DNA of 55,301 nt, taken from NCBI RefSeq assembly GCF_001194135.2, contig NC_068986.1:38923439-38978739 (forward strand), given 5' to 3'. Under the pieces are notes generated by a model. That model was not told the origin of the DNA and did no database searches. It saw only the letters and a list, made by a program, of their open reading frames with translations. Source of the DNA: Octopus bimaculoides. Lineage: Eukaryota. Position numbers and translations under genes: made by a program. Of this stretch, positions 11,456 through 23,750 are shown one piece after another; the stretch's first letter is position 1, and every line of letters starts with the position of its first letter.

Positions 11456-12914
11456 AAAAAATAATTATGGAAAGGCTCCTTGTTGATTTATTGGGTTTAT
11501 GAATTTATACATCTAGTATACAGCCTGTAAGTTCACATTGGCCTGTTACATGGTATGTGCTTCGTTCCATCACCCTATTCATCCAACATAACCAAACACC
11601 TACAATCCATTATCAAATACATGTTTTAAACATGTATTTGTATGATTGATAGCTTAGATGTCTACTCTGATCTCTGATATTTCAGAAACTAATGAAGATC
11701 TGGAGTGAAAATCTTTTCAGAATTTATAACAAAACAAAGAACATTTTTTTCGTTTTTTGTTTTTTGTTTTTAATTTTTGGCTATTAAGTTCACAGCCCAG
11801 CTCTACTGAAGAAGTCGTGTGTTAACTGGTTCACAAGTTGTATGAGAAAATAAAAATCAATTATATGAAGAGTAAAATTCAATAGATATGTGATTACACA
11901 ATATACATATGTATATTAACATAACAATATAATTTCTTCCTGTGACGTAAAATGCATTTTAAAAAACTGACTATATATGAAGAGAAAAACTTCCTCTTAA
12001 TTTTCATGTTAACTTATTGGTCAATATTGGGTAAAACATTTCTTTCAGTTCTACAACTAAATAGGAATGGGAAGCACATTAAATCATCAAATCTAGTGAA
12101 CTTATTTCCATTTTTGAGGTATTTAAACCCATTTTATTGATATGTTAAATCAATATCTTACTGAAGATATAAAGAAGAGACATATTGCACAGCTGAAGTC
12201 AGAGGTATGAACTAAATTCAGGAAATATCTTAATTTAGAGGAGGTTTTAATTTTTAACACATGAACTTTTCATTATTGTAACAAGGCAACAATTATTGAT
12301 TTTTCATTTGGAGTGCAATGGTAAAATATTGTTAAATACAGCTTTGGCCCTGAATTGATTTGCATTTTAAATAGATTACTTATTATATTAATAGCTCAGC
12401 ATAACTTTTCACTCATAATTGTAAGGCTTAGTTCTTACTAACTGTTTTTACTGTTTGCATTCATGGCTACATTTGGAGTGGGAATGAAGGATTAAAATAA
12501 TATTTTATTCCTCTCTGCCTTTAATCTGAACAGAAGGATCAGTACTCATTGAAAGGGAAAGTTGGGATTAATGCAATAATTATTCAATGATTTGGTCAAG
12601 TGGAAGGGGCTATAACCATGTCTTTCTCAGATCCTCTAAAACTGGAAATATCAATGCAGTTGATGTTCTTGAACTATACAAAATTGATGGCTGCAGGAAA
12701 AATATGAACAAGGTAGAAATTGCATAGAGTTGACATTCTGTGGAAGAAGGACTAGGAAAAAATCATCAAAATAAGGCCTAAGGGTGGAAGGGCAATATAG
12801 TTGATATGTGGAAGTGACATGAGACCAACTGACTCATGAGAACCAAAGTTTACTGTAATAAGAAAAGAAGAAACAAAGTGAAGAGACAACATGTTTGCAG
12901 GTCAAATAGTGGTG

Positions 12915-13855
12915 ACGTGTGACTGTGTGGTAAGAAGCTTGCTTCCCAACCACATGGTTCTGGGTTCAGTCCCACTGTGTGACACCTTGGGGAAGTGTCT
13001 TCTACTATAGCCTCAGGCCAACCAAAACCTTGTGAGTGAATTTGGTAGGCAGAAACTGAAAGAATCCCATCGTATCTTTCTTTTCCTCACGTGACCATCT
13101 TTCTTTTCCTGCACGGACCTTCTAAGGACTGGATGTCTTCTATCTCTCTCTTCTATCCTTTATCTTTTCAAAGAAAATATTTCTCCCAGCATTCACTATT
13201 TTCCCCTCGTTCAGGTCTAACAACCATCCATGTTTGTTTTCATTCGGTTTCCTTATATGTCTCCACTGTCCTGTTTTTGTTCCCAACTTTGACCCTCCAT
13301 AAATCCAAAATTTTATTTTGGCATTTATGGGAGCAACTGTCTTCAAAGACTCATATTATCATTGAATGCTTGAAATGAGGAGTAGATAGACAGCTGTCAA
13401 CTGATGAAGGGTTGTTCTTTGTGTTACTTGTCCTGTTTTTCATTTCTCTTCTCTCATTGTTTGCATATTTAACTTGTTTGTTTTCATACTTCATGTTGTT
13501 CACAGTTGGTGACGTCCTGTACCCATATATGCATGTATATATATATATTATTTATATTATTATTCAATTGAATGCCACACATCCATTTCCAAATATGTTT
13601 CCCCATCATCATCAATATGTATGTATGTATTTATATGTGTGTGTGTCTGTGTTTGTCCCCCCCCCCCATCATTGCTTGATAACTGATGCTAGTGTGTTTA
13701 TGTCCCTGTAACTTAGCGATTCGGTTAAAGAGACTGATTGAATAAGTACTAGGCTTACAAAGAATAAGTCCTGAAGTCAATTTCTTCGACTAAAACCCTT
13801 TAAGGTGGTATTCCAGCATGGCTACCATCAAATGGCTGAAACAAGTAAAAGAATA
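12915..13855 (+). mobile_element. SINE family A copy split by an unclassified insertion of about 500 bp (head 12915-13075, tail 13625-13855)
   Basis: Head and tail match the other family A copies; the intervening sequence does not. Confidence 0.7.
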
Positions 13856-13891
13856 TATATACATATATATATATATATATTATATAATTGA

Positions 13892-14224
13892 TTTCACTCA
13901 AAATAACTTTACTTAAAATGAATGGCACCATAAATATATATATATATAAAGTAAAGTTATTTTGAGCAAAATTAATTTTTAGCAAAGTCATTTGGAGCAA
14001 AGTTATTTTGAGTGAAACATTACAAGTGGGCAGGACTTTCAGTGAAGGTTAATTTTAAGCAAAATATATACTTTGGGTATCAACTTAATATTTGTAGCTA
14101 ACTTTTCATGGACATTATTGTTTCAAATTGTGACAAAAACAAAATAGCCTAATGTCTTCACTCAAAATGATTTCACTCGACTTGACTTTGCTCAACTTCA
14201 CTTTGCTCAAATGACTGGACACAA
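13892..14224. repeat. Foldback-like relic built from ~15-bp subrepeats in inverted orientations
   Basis: tttcactcaaaataacttt (13892-13910) is the exact reverse complement of 13999-14017. Four ~15-bp units at 13953-14013 and four opposite-orientation units at 14161-14220. Confidence 0.6.
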
Positions 14225-14464
14225 TATACGCTGACAGAGCTAGACACTCATAGCTCAGCAGTTGATCTTAAAATGAACTGCATGAAAACGAAATATATGC
14301 AGTCTGAAGATGTAGCACAAGGCTGAATAAAGATGGGAAGCAATGAAAGTGAGGAGGTAGCTGTGTGTGTGTGTGTGGGGGGGGCTGGTTCACTCCAGGC
14401 GGCACTTTTAATGTTTTGGGTCTGCTGTAGGCAATATGTGTTTTTCGTGGGGTCTGGAGGCAGC

Positions 14465-15045
14465 ACATACTCTAGCTACACTATTGGGTAAAGGAGTACA
14501 TCTGTTTGTGACACAAGGTGAATATGTGCCAAGAGATGGATGCTGAAATATCACAGGGTGCAGGATGGAAGGCATTGACTTTAATAAAAAGATGTGTTCA
14601 AAGAAAAGGTGGACAAGACCCTACATACTAGTCTCTTCAATGGCACCATTCTACCTGTGCTTTTACATGCATGTGAGATGTGGGCTATTATGAAGGAAGA
14701 ACATCAATTGGCTACAATCCAAAGGGCCATGGAAAGATCCATGCTCAGACTATCAAAATGAGAGCATATTTGAAATGAGATAATTTGAGAACAGAGCAAA
14801 GAGGATGATGTGATCACAAAATACCAAAAGTACAAGTTGTGTTGGGTGGGACATGTTACAAGGCTCAGAGACAACAGGTGGACCACGCAGTTACTGAATG
14901 TTATCTAAGAGAATGGAAAAGGCCATTTGGAAGGTCCCCATGAATATGGAAAGATAGTTTACTTTAACAATTTGGACCAAGATGGAAAAGAAGGGAGCAA
15001 TTAAGAAAGAACTGAAAGTGCATTGTGACCAGCAGTGTATAACAA
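14465..15045 (+). mobile_element. RTE (BovB-like) LINE 3' ORF relic
   Basis: LFNGTILPVLLHACEMW...IQRAMERSML...WVGHVTRLRDNRWT, a typical RTE C-terminal region. Confidence 0.8.
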
Positions 15046-15054
15046 AATCCAATA

Positions 15055-15650
15055 AATTGTCATACCTAATGACTGGTGTAACAGTATCATTGTAAATTGC
15101 TACAAGGGAAAAGACAATATTTTGGATAGAATTAACTATAGTGGAATCAAACTTCTAGATCAAGTTATGAAGGACACAGAGAAAGTCATAGCATAATTGA
15201 TCCATACTAAAGTAGACCTGGATGAGATGCAGCTTTGCTTTCCCCCCAGAAGAGGTACTGCAGATGCAATCTGCCTAGTGATGCAACAACAGGAGAAATA
15301 CTTGGCTAAGAATAAACAGCTACACCTGGCTTTCAGTGATTTAGGGAAGGCATTTAAAGCGCACCACATTCAGTAATCTGATGCACACTGAGTAGATGAT
15401 TGGCTTGTGGTGGGTAGCTCAAGTAATGTACAAGGATCAGCAAGTAAAGTGAGAATTGGTAATGACTTCAGTGATGAATTTAACAAGAAGTTAGGAGTCC
15501 ATCAATGTTCAGTCCTCAGCCCTCTCTTCTTCATCATAGTCCTACAAGTCATTATAGTGGAGTTTAAGACTGGCTGTCCATGGGAACTCCTATGTATAGA
15601 TAATTTAGTTCTCAGAGCTGAATCCATTGGGGAATTAAGGAATCGAGAGG
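15055..15650 (+). mobile_element. RTE LINE RT fragment, same family as 22070-23750
   Basis: IIVNCYKGKDNILDRINYSGIKLLDQVMK...GVHQCSVLSPLFFIIVLQ...CPWELL. Confidence 0.8.
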
Positions 15651-15734
15651 CTTAATGAGTAGAAATACAAAGCAGATATAAAATAATAATAATAAAATTC
15701 TATGTTTAATTTTTCCTAATATCCCTTCTTTTTA

Positions 15735-15950
15735 TATCAGTTATAAATTTTGGCCCAAGGCCAGTGATTTCGGGAGAGGGGTAAGTCAATTACATTAACC
15801 TCAGTACTCAACTGGTACATATTCTATTGAGCTGAAAGTATGAAAGGCAAAGTTGATCTCAGTGGCATTTGAACTCAGAACATAAAACGGATGAAATGCC
15901 ACTAAGCATTTTGTCTGGCATGCTAACCATTCTGCCAGCTCATTGCCTTA
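15735..15950 (-). mobile_element. SINE family B copy
   Basis: Reverse complement of the family B head and core. Confidence 0.75.
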
Positions 15951-15954
15951 TCCC

Positions 15955-17592
15955 TGACTTTTATATCAATGATTCTCAAGTATTCAACTATGCTTTTCCT
16001 GGTCTTGATGGTGTTACATACCTGCTTTTCAAACGTGGTGGTTACTTTCTTCTGCATCAGCTTTCACTCTTCTTTCAGTTCCATCTTAACAACGGTGCTA
16101 CTCCAGAGCAGTGGAAAACTGCCAGTGTCATTCCTCTGTTCAAAAAAGGTGACCGCATGTCACCTGTCAACTATCGTCCGGTCAGTCTGACTGACTGCAT
16201 TGCCAAACTGATGGAATCCTGTGTCAGAGAAACACTCTGGAACTTCTGGAATTCTCACAGCCTTATTTGGCCCTCACAATTTGGATTTATCCATAGTTCC
16301 AGCTGTTGTGACCAACTTATCAACTTTCTTAGACATCACGTGGATCACTAATGGCGGCTCATGGGTGGATGTTGTTTACCTTGACTTTGCTAAAGCTTTT
16401 AAGTCTGTGCCAGACAAAAGACTTATGGCAAAACTCTCTGCAATGGGTATGAAAGATAATCTTTTTAACTGGTTGGAATCCTTCATTCTCAGCTGAAAAG
16501 AGGTAGTCATGATTTTAGGACAGCATTCTTCACCCTATGAGATGTCATCTGGTGTACTACAGGGATCTGTTCTTGGTCCCCTTTTATTTGTTGCATACAT
16601 TAATGACATAGATGCCAACTTGAAGAATGCTACAGTGCTGAAATATGTAGGTGACATCAAGCTGTACCCTGAGATAAAATGGACAGATCTTGAACACTAT
16701 AGATCTTTCCTGTAATAAGACCTGGACACAATGCAACGATGGATCATGGACTGGCAACTCAAGCTGGCTGTGGACAAGTGTACCACCATTCATTTTGGGA
16801 GGAAAAACCCAGCGTTCACATATTCTCTCCACAACACTAATATCAAGAAGTCTTCTTGTGAATATGATCTGGGCATTACTGTCAGGAGCAATTTGTGCTG
16901 AACAAAGCACATCTCTAAAATTGTCAAGAAGGCTGAGGATATCTTGGCATAACTCAGCAAGACCTTTGTCAGTCGCTCTCCAGCTATTTATTAAAAGCTG
17001 CATATGGCTATGGTGCGGCCACACTTTGAATTAACATCACCAGTTTGGAACCCATATCTTACTCAGGACATTGGCCTCCTGGAAAATGTTCAGACATGCA
17101 ACCATGTGAATACCCTCCATCAGGCATCTACCACACTCTGAATGCCTTGCTTCCTTGGGCATAGATACACTGAAGCTCCAATACTGACAACTGACTTAGT
17201 AAACATCCACAAAATTATTAACATTGTGCCAACAGCCACATTGAACACCTTTTTCAGCTCCATGTGTCCAACACACATGGGCATGCCGAAAAAGTCAGCA
17301 AACAGCACAGCTCCCATGACTTCCGGAAACATTTTTTCACACTCAGAGTTGCTGAAGCATGGAATAAACTACTTGTATCAGTTGTTGGTTACTGAAACAT
17401 TGCATCATTTAAAACCACCATGCTTCCCGAAATTCACCAACACTACACCTCCATATGCATGCACACATGTATATCATGACTTACACTATTAACTTTCCTG
17501 ACTTTTGTATATAATTCTATGTACCGTACATGCACCTTTGATGAGTTGTTGTGCACCTGAGCACTATACACAATAATTTCATTATTATTATT
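15955..17592 (+). mobile_element. 5'-truncated CR1-clade LINE (RT pseudogene) with an (ATT)n tail
   Basis: WKTASVIPLFKKGDR..PVNYRPVSLT, QFGF, DVVYLDFAKAF, GVLQGSVLGPLLF..YINDI and KYVGDIKLY; ends caataatttcattattatta. Confidence 0.9.
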
Positions 17593-17986
17593 AACAGCAA
17601 ATTTGAAATTGCTTTCCTATTTTATGATCGATACCTCTGATTTTCTATTTCAATTGCAAACTCTGTATGTGACACAAAGACAATTGTCTCCATAAAATAT
17701 ATCCGAATAAATCAACTGACTTACTCTAGCCACGTGTCAACATAAAAGTAAAATCTTTTCTGCTATAGATACAAGGTCTACTATTTGGGGAAAGAAATTA
17801 ATTGACTCTATAACTGAATTTGGTACTTATTTCATCAACCCCGAGAAGATGAGAGACAAAGTCGACTTCAACAGAATTTGAACTTAAAACGTAAAAACTT
17901 TGAAGTAAAATGCTGAGATTTTAAGCAAGAAAAGCATATCAATGGGAAGTAACATTTAATGACGAGTGTCACCACCCAAGGGAGAT

Positions 17987-17994
17987 TATCGATA
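17987..17994. promoter_or_regulatory. DRE-type palindrome TATCGATA immediately upstream of COA4
   Basis: Exact 8-mer 12 bp before the first ATG. DRE is a housekeeping core-promoter element in Drosophila; a function in this species is inferred. Confidence 0.35.
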
Positions 17995-18005
17995 AAAGTG
18001 TAAAC

Positions 18006-18230
18006 ATGGCTTCACCATCGCATCATAACCGGACGACTAAATCAATGGAAGACGACGATGAAGACGAATTAGACAGAGTTGAACTCATGTTAAAACGGGC
18101 TGGTTGCCTAGAACTTCATTATAAAGTACAGGAGTGCATGGCTGAGCATAATGACTGGCGCAAATGTCAACAAGCTTTGAAAGATTTTAAAGAATGTTTT
18201 AATGTAGCCAAAAAAGAGGACACTCAATGA
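18006..18230 (+). CDS. COA4: Cytochrome c oxidase assembly factor 4 homolog (CHCHD8), complete intronless ORF, 74 aa (61 aa if the in-frame ATG at 18045 is used)
   Basis: Four Cys at C-X9-C-X9-C-X9-C spacing (twin CX9C). GCLELHYKVQECMAEHNDWRKCQ..LKDFKEC closely resembles human COA4 as I recall it (GCAASHFAVQECMAQHQDWRQCQPQVQAFKDC). Acidic N-terminus, intact frame, CpG-retaining context. Confidence 0.92.
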   Translation: MASPSHHNRTTKSMEDDDEDELDRVELMLKRAGCLELHYKVQECMAEHNDWRKCQQALKDFKECFNVAKKEDTQ

Positions 18231-18653
18231 CGGGAATTTCCAGTTAGTACTTTGTAAGTATGCAATTATATGATCTTAATCGTATCTGGTCATATACATG
18301 TAAAGACACAAGCTGTGCTTGTACATGCGTATAGGTATCGGAAATTAAACTTCTCTTCTTCAATAGTAATTAACGTGTATTTATACATTATCTTACAAAT
18401 AGAAATCAGGACGCACATGTTAACTTATGTGACCTCTGTATTATTTAATCAAATTAAACTTGTAATTCTGTTATATTTTACATGATTTGTTTTATAATTA
18501 TAATCTAACAGGTTAGAATAGATGGGATGAAACAATCGTATTTATTTTTTGACTGCTGTTTTATTTTATCAATACCTGGAAGGATAAAAAGTGGCAAATT
18601 CGACCTTGGTGGAATTTGAACTCAAAACGTAAAGGGACACAACTATATAATCA

Positions 18654-18940
18654 CAACTATCTATTAAAAGCTGCATATGGCTATGATGCGGCCACACTTT
18701 GAATTAACATCACCAGTTTGGAACCCCTATCTTGCTCAGGACATTGGCCTCCTGGAAAATGTTCAGACATGCAACCATGTGAATACCCTCCATCAGGCAT
18801 CTACCACACTCTGAATGCCTTGCTTCCTTGGGCATAGATACACTGAAGCTCCAATACTGACAACTGACTTAGTAAACATCCACAAAATTATTAACATTGT
18901 GCCAACAGCCACATTGAACACCTTTTTCAGCTCCATGTGT
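18654..18940 (+). repeat. 287-bp direct copy of 16981-17267 (internal piece of the decayed CR1)
   Basis: Base-by-base comparison gives 5 mismatches, all in the first ~80 bp, and no indels; offset 1673 bp. Confidence 0.95.
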
Positions 18941-18949
18941 GTTTGCAGG

Positions 18950-19449
18950 TAGATAAAGACCATATTTTCAGTGAAACCTTCTATAGTGGTATTTTTGTTT
19001 TATATTTATTCTTATCGTAGTAACCATTATGATACGCATACTATTGTATAAAAATTATGTGCTTGCAAACGACTGGGTCTATGTAAGGTGACTATTATTC
19101 CGACGAAGTAGTACGTCTTACTGAAACTTATTGCATTAAAAAACTTGTATTTCGACAAGCGTACCAAGGAGTTTCTACTCCAGACATAGGGGACTTACCA
19201 GATCCGAAATTATTAGATGTTGCTAATCATAAATCGAGTGACAACACTAAAATAATCATTTAACAAGCACAACGCATGACACAAGAGTTGTAAATCGGCA
19301 AATTATATAACTCGTTGATATTATTATAGGAAAGAATGTTAGCTAAAAATAATGCGTACAATTTCTGTCTTATTTTGCATCCATTTTGTGAGAATTAAGG
19401 GCGCCTGTTATCCTCGCGTGCCTTCGACTTTTATATTTCAGCAGTAAGT
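18950..19449 (+). promoter_or_regulatory. CpG-retaining segment ending in a consensus splice donor (CA|GTAAGT at 19444); possible promoter or first exon
   Basis: Many CpGs (ttccgacgaag, gggcgcc, ctcgcgtg, ttcgac) in non-repeat sequence plus a GTAAGT donor. No transcript evidence. Confidence 0.35.
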
Positions 19450-19989
19450 AAGGAAACAGAATTAAAAGAAAATGTTTTTTTTAAATGTCAGAATTTCAAT
19501 TGGATTTCATTTGAATAAATCTTTAGATCCGGCAGTTTTAAATTTTGACCCCCATTTTCACACGAAATACTTTATAGTGATGTGGAAAAAAAACAGTAAC
19601 TGCTTTCAGCTGAGTAATCTATCAAATAATGACATTGGAATATTTCCTGCACTTAACTATATGCTCTTTATGCTGAAGGTACTCTTGGGGAATTTCCTAC
19701 TGTTAAAATTTTTCGGCATTGGCTAACAACAATAAGTTTTTTTCAATTGAGCAGCTCGAGAACGTTAAATTATGTTACAAATTTTTTATATAAAAGTGTC
19801 ATACAGAAAGTTGAAAAGGGCTGCATTCAGCAGGGTGCAACAGGTTGCCTATGCTTGCTTGAATTGTTAGAAATAGCAAGGAAAGTCTGAGATAGGCACT
19901 ATATGATTAGCGCTGGAACTCGGCAACAACGTCAGTTCTTGCATGCTTATATAAGCATACAAAGGAAGAGAAGTTTCTGAAATTATAGT

Positions 19990-20260
19990 AATGTCTGCCT
20001 CAAGCCCACAGGTTCATGAGACTAGAACTTATCCAGGTTTCCTTGGTGTTTAAATGAACGAGATTACAGGACTCCTCTCTGAATGAGATGTCTTTCCATT
20101 GCAGAATTATCCTCGAGCTACTCTTGGTACTCATTTCCAGTCGAATGGACTAGATCAGCATAAAATGATGTGCCTTATTCAAGGACATGATGTGTTGCCT
20201 AGTCTGAGAGTCAAACCCACAATATGATTGTAAAACTAACCCTAACTTTCATCTGATTGA
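19990..20260. mobile_element. Degenerate SINE-like repeat
   Basis: tatccaggtttcc...gagtggact/gaatggactagatcagc...aaatga.gtg..ttg/ttcaaggacat...gagtcaaacccac pattern typical of mollusc SINE reverse strands. Confidence 0.45.
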
Positions 20261-21229
20261 TATAACTGAAGTATTTACTGGTTCTACACATGTTTGTAAT
20301 TAATAGAATATTCTTGTTTGGTTGATGCAGTGGATACTACTCCATGTTCATATTTTTGTAGGACAACTGTATTTAAACTTTGAGTCTCAACTTCAAATAG
20401 GGATCTGGGGAATTAGCAGTTTAATTGTGAGGAGTATGGCACAGGCTGATCTGAAGATCATCTATGATGCTGCAACAGTGATAATAATGTCTTACAAAGT
20501 AGCAAATTTGAGGATAGGGGTATATTCGATTTAGTTAATCTCTCAATTTGAATGGCATTAATTTTTATCATTTCAGAAGGAAATTTTCTAGAAGTTGATT
20601 CCAATGGAATTTGAACACAGAACTAAATACCACAATCTTTCTATCAATTGATTGTGTGTTACTCACACCCTCATAATAATTATGGTAATGATTTCTAACA
20701 AATCCACAAGACCTCAAATTTTGTTTGGGCACCAATTATAGAAAGCTGAAGAAATTTTCTTCGAAAAGACAGATTAAGTTACAAGATGCGGTGCTTATTC
20801 TGAAACTTCTCCATCAATTGAATCAACTATTGGAATGTATTTTATCACCACAACTCTAAAAGGATGAAAGATCAAGTCACATCCATTCCTCCAGCTAATA
20901 ATAAAACTTGAACATTTGATATGTATGTTGTACTATAGATTACATTTAGGTCTACAACAGTCTCATAATCATATAATAATCTGAGATAGGTAAAATTTTA
21001 CAAGAAATTTTGTATGTCTTTTGTTTTCTGACAGAATAATGTCTGGAATTTGTGTCATTGCAAGAGGTGTGAAAACTGTTTACAAGTGGAAAATCAGGGA
21101 ATTTTTGATATTGTTTTGCTGTTACTCTTCACTCGTTTATTAAAAAGAAAATTGTAAATTTTTAAAAGAAATGAATAAATATATTTTTCCAATCTTGGGT
21201 TGTCAAATGTCTTTATTCCTCTTTATTTA

Positions 21230-21560
21230 TAGATTTGACCTTCAATAGTTTAAATAAGTTAAAATATTTAAAAGAATCCCAACAGACTGATAGGCAACTC
21301 TCTAGAAAGAATTGGTAATCATCATAATCCAGGTCAAGTGATTTACTTGAACCACTGTGACTCTTCTGTGAGAGATGTCCCAATTGAGTGATGAAGCATG
21401 AATGTCTGGCCAGAGTTTTAGTCATATTGTTGTTTCGCTAGCTGAAATGTCTCCTCTGTGTATATCATGATTACATATGATAGCAGTAGTTTATTGATCC
21501 AGGCTGTTGAAAGTTTCGTGTCTGTTTATCTACTCAGCATCTGGTGATATTCGCCATTGA
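21230..21560 (-). mobile_element. Possible Tc1/mariner-superfamily catalytic-domain relic
   Basis: Minus-strand FQQPG (cf. FQQDG) and SKSLDLDYDDYQFF (cf. SPDLNPxDY). Spacing is atypical and the sequence highly decayed. Confidence 0.3.
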
Positions 21561-22069
21561 TTCAATAAATTCATCTGCCAAAATACTTCACATCCACTAT
21601 ACTGCATCCTATGAGTTCAATACACCCTCAGTCACATGCTATTTAACCCTTAGCTGAGACCCTAACAAGTGTTGCTACTCCAAATCAAAGTAAACCTAGG
21701 AACAATAGTGGCTAAGAGATGGCCCCACACTCTTTAAAACTCTGGAACTCCTGAACCAGTGTACCACTACCAGATTCAGTTTAGAGTCATAGAATTTGTC
21801 TCTTTCATAATTGAATGTTTCAATAATAATTTCTTAAATAGTCATGAATCCCAATAATTTTCATCAAAACAACACGAGGGTAAGGTTTTGGTGTTATGTA
21901 CATTCTTTATATATCCATCAATAGATCTGTGGTTTAGATGCATGTTAAACCAACTTCTTGCATACTACATGTCTTGGTCAGAGCAAATATGGAGTTCCAT
22001 GAAAACTATTTCTAATATCAATTCCTGACAGAATTTTGACTCACATCAGGATAAAACAATTTCTATCTC

Positions 22070-23750
22070 GGCTTTTACCCCTCAGCCAGAGCTACTTGAT
22101 GGACAGAAAGACCAATTTTATGACACCCTCTTGCAGACGACCTTGTTGACAAATGATGGACCTTCTCTTTGTGGCTGGTGACTTCAATGGACATGTTGGA
22201 CAACATGCAGGGGGCGTACATGGAGGCTATGATTTTGGTTCCCACAATGAGGAGGGAACCAGGCTGCTGGAGTTCTGCAATACAAATGATCTTATGGTTT
22301 GCAATACTCACTTCAGGAAACCTACCAATCACCTAGTCACCTACCGATCTGGTAGACACACTAGCCAAATTGATTACATCCTCACCAGAAAGAGGGAAAG
22401 ATGGCTGCTTATAAATACCAAAACCTTCCCAGGTGAAGAATGTACCCCACAACATAGACTAGTAGTTAGCGACTTCAGGGTCAGGGCTAAATGGATGCCC
22501 AGAAGACGACCAGCATAGTGGAGAAGGGTCTGGAAGCTTAAAGATCCTGCGAATGGACAGAGATTTAGAGACGTATTACTCAAAGCTTTTGACGAAATAG
22601 AGGGGAATATAGCATCATATGATGTGGAAAACAACTGGAGGTTTCTACAGGACAACCTGCTGAGGGCCACTGACCAGATCTGTGGATGGTGCAAAGTCCC
22701 CTCTCGACCCAAGGTAACATGGTAGTGGAACAATGTTGTTGACAGGGCCATTAGGGAAAAGAAACAGGCTTGGAAGGACTGCAAGAACAGTGGAAGCAGG
22801 GAATTGTATCAGACTGCCAGAAGGGAAGCTAGGAGACAGGTTTATTTAGCCAGATAAGAAAAAATTTGCCAATGTTCTGCACCGTGAGGACCAAAGACTT
22901 GAGGTATTTCGTGTTGCGAGACAGTGTGTGAGAGAGAATCGTGATGTCGCAGGAGAGAAATGTCTGCATGGATGATGGTTCACTTGCATTAAACAAGGCT
23001 GCAAAGAGAGAGATCTGGAGACACCACTATGAAAGGTTGCTAAATAAAGAGAATGAATGGGAAAAAGAGAGTCTGCTGAATGCCAACCCAACAGAGGAAC
23101 CAGCTATCCAAATTGACAGTACCATGGTAGATAAAGCAATTGAGGGTATGAAGACAGGGAAAGCCCCTGGCCCATCAAGAATCACTGCAGAGATGCTCAA
23201 AATATCTGGCGGTGTCAGCTATAGCCTAGTCACCCATATAGTTAACCAGGTGATACATGAAGGAGTCATACCCAATGACTGGTGTAGCAGCACCATAGTT
23301 AACTGCTACAAAGGTAAAGGTGATGCTTTAGATACAAATAATTACAGAGGTATCAAGTTGTTAGATCAGGTAATGAAGGTCACAGAGAGGGTCATAGCCC
23401 AACTAATTTGGGAGAGAGTCAGTCTAGATGAGATGCAGTGTGGGTTCATGCTAGGGAAAAGCACCACTGATGCTATATTTCTGCTAAGACAGCTGCAGGA
23501 GAAATACCTAGCCAAAGATCAACCTCTGTACCTGGCTTTTGTTGACGGTGCCCCAATCCCTTATCTGGTGGTCAATAAGGAAACTAGGGATAAATGAGTG
23601 ATTAATGAGAGCTGTGCAAGCCATGTACAGGGACGCTGTCAATAAGGTGAAGGTTGGCAACAAGTACAGTGAAGAATTCCGGGTAGGGGTAGGGTCCATC
23701 AAGGATCGATCCTCAGTCCCCTCTTATTTATTATAGTCCTCCAGGCAATA
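22070..23750 (+). mobile_element. RTE-clade LINE ORF2 relic: APE endonuclease C-terminal half plus RT N-terminal part
   Basis: FVAGDFNGHVG, RLLEFC...NTHFRK, SQIDYIL and QHRLVVSDF (APE). KTGKAPGPS.ITAEMLK, NYRGIKLLDQVMKV and GVHQGSILSPLLFIIVLQ (RT). Stops and frameshifts. Confidence 0.93.
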
